Shown here: piece by piece, positions 62,330 to 64,000 of the stretch
Layout: every line of letters starts with the position of its first letter
How positions within the stretch are numbered: the first letter of the stretch is position 1
DNA from: Octopus bimaculoides
Taxonomy: Eukaryota
Direction: 5' to 3'
Assembly (NCBI RefSeq): GCF_001194135.2
Contig: NC_068993.1
Coordinates: 305,680 to 369,679 of the forward strand
Length of the DNA: 64,000 nucleotides
Program-made: the position numbers and the translations under genes
The notes under the pieces: generated by a model
Databases searched by the model: none
The model's input: the letters and a program-made list of their open reading frames with translations, nothing else
What the model was told of the DNA's origin: nothing

Positions 62330-62740
62330 ATTTTCTCTCTATCCACTGCACCCCCCTCCCCAATTGTTGGCATACAGCTGTGGGCCTTTAGGATTTTAAT
62401 GTATCGTTTGTCTGTGGCCCATATGTTGCACCCAAACTCAAACATGGCAACACAGACAGCTCAGAAGATGAAGATTTTGGTATAGAGGCTGAGATGGTTA
62501 TTTACAAAGACTGAGCCTTCCAGAGTCTTTGAAAATGATGCTGTCTAAGTATCTGAATTGTGAAAGTGTGGTCAGTTGTTCCTGCTGTCGTCAAAAAGTG
62601 CAGTATGTTGTTGGACAGATGAACTCAGTTTCCTAGACATTAATTACCAAGCCCATTGCATCATAAACTGCAATAGCTACTGAGAGGATTCTTGCAGAGT
62701 TCCTGGAGTGTGAGCTACCAGAGCAGTTTGGGCCTGCAGC
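62330..62740 (-). mobile_element. Decayed RTE reverse transcriptase fragment
   Basis: Minus-strand VAHT..LQ, MGLVINV*ETE (cf. GLxINxxKT), QFRYLDSII (cf. FKYLGS) and TKIFIF*AV appear in canonical order. Confidence 0.7.
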
Positions 62741-63239
62741 TTTCAGGGGTTGAAAAGATTCCCTTTCCATTCTTCTGTGTAGTGGAACAGAGGAGTAAGA
62801 TATTAAACAATGCAGACACCATTGTCAGCCTTTAACTCTCATTTTACAATGAAGACTATAGATTTTTGCCATCCATCAACACTGTGAAGAATTGACAGAA
62901 AGGATTCACAAATTTGGCCATGTCTGCATCTTTACATGCCCAACATACACACGTGCAAAAATACCTCCCCACAGGCGTCTACAAACAAACACAAGTACAA
63001 ATATGCACATTCAAACACAACCCCACCTCTCACTCATACACATGCAAACATACACAAAGGCTCCTGAAATTTCAGGTTTTCAATGTCACTGATGAGTTTC
63101 TGTGCTTTGCACTTGCCATCTCAATGACATTGCTTTAATCCCAAACATTCAACTCCCATTCTACCCATCTCTACTGTTGTTGATGAAACACAGGGGACAT
63201 TCTGTTGGTCACTGCTTTTGTTCTAAACAAAATATAACA

Positions 63240-63420
63240 TCTGTTGTCCATGCTAGCATGGGTTGGACAGTGTAACCAGAATTGGCAAGCTGCACCAGAC
63301 TCCAGTTGTCTGATTTGGCATGGTTTCTATCACTGGATGCCCTTCCTAACAGGCCAACCACTTTACAGAGTGTGGACTGGGTGCTTTTACGTGACACTGC
63401 CATGAGTGTTTTACACCACC
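63240..63420 (-). mobile_element. RTE LINE 3'-end fragment
   Basis: ccatgctagcatgggttggac...ctggatgcccttcctaac...gggtgcttttacgtg. Confidence 0.75.
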
Positions 63421-64000
63421 AGAAGAATCCACCTTCACACTTCTGTTATGTAGTAGGAGTAGAGCCACCAGGCACAATATATCATGTTCCTTTGTCATCT
63501 TGCCTGAAAAGTTCAGCATTCTGAGATTGTTCTTCAGATGTTATTTTAATACCCTAAAAGTTGAAGGCTGTTCAATTAATTGATGTAATTGAGCTGAATA
63601 TCTACCAAAGCTAAAGAGGGACAGAGGTCCATGGAAGAACATTGTGACATGTATCCTGGTTGTGACCACTTGGAGACAAAGAAAATCACATTGTGGAACA
63701 AAAGTATGGAAAGTAGTACTGATGGATCTTCAAATTTCGTAGATGCTCTTTTCAGACATTCTTCCACTTTGAATATCAGTACAGTCATTACACGGATGAG
63801 TGGTTCTTCACTTTCCACTCTGTTCTTCTTGGCTTAATCAAACATTCTATCTATAGCACTTGAAGCTTACAGGACGATTTTTTCCTAAGAAAAAAACAAG
63901 AGAGGGGGTTGGTGTCAACTTACATCAGCTGGGTAAACCAGAAATGGTAACCAGATCTGCTCCCATTTCCATAGAAATAACAATAATACTTTGACGCTCC

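Noticed and set aside
62648-62774. Apparent PAIP1 first exon (MERESFQPLKAAGP...) with a good acceptor and donor
   Set aside because: The frame with the needed phase has two stops, and the sequence lies within a colinear decayed RTE RT fragment (GLVIN, FRYLDSII motifs)

Overview
AT-rich, microsatellite- and retrotransposon-dense animal genomic DNA. The repeat families and intron style suggest an Octopus-like cephalopod; this is inference, not a database match. Two convergent multi-exon genes fill the window. (1) On the + strand, a complete 21-exon VLDLR/lipophorin-receptor-like LDL receptor family gene (CDS 3243-37892; summed exons 2928 nt = 975 aa + stop). It encodes a signal peptide, 8 LDLa modules, EGF-A/B, a YWTD beta-propeller, EGF-C, an S/T-rich O-glycan stalk spread over three exons, a TM helix and an NFDNPVY tail. 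(2) On the - strand, a 5'-incomplete PAIP1-like gene (10 exons found, 59308 down to 44369) with a MIF4G-like domain, an acidic C-terminus and two separate PAM2-like motifs. All exons were built by hand from GT-AG sites and phase continuity. Introns carry many RTE-type LINE 3' ends (one with a target-site duplication, two copies identical over 256 bp), tRNA-derived SINEs, piggyBac- and hAT-type MITEs, and decayed mariner, RTE and Penelope-like fragments. There are five N gaps. Most ORFs in the supplied track are spurious microsatellite or repeat read-throughs. I found no wholly new multi-gene system. The best leads are a CpG/NF-Y island inside receptor intron 2 (possible second promoter), a split-codon arrangement that lets LA7 be skipped without losing a cysteine, cassette O-glycan exons, and the doubled PAM2 in PAIP1.
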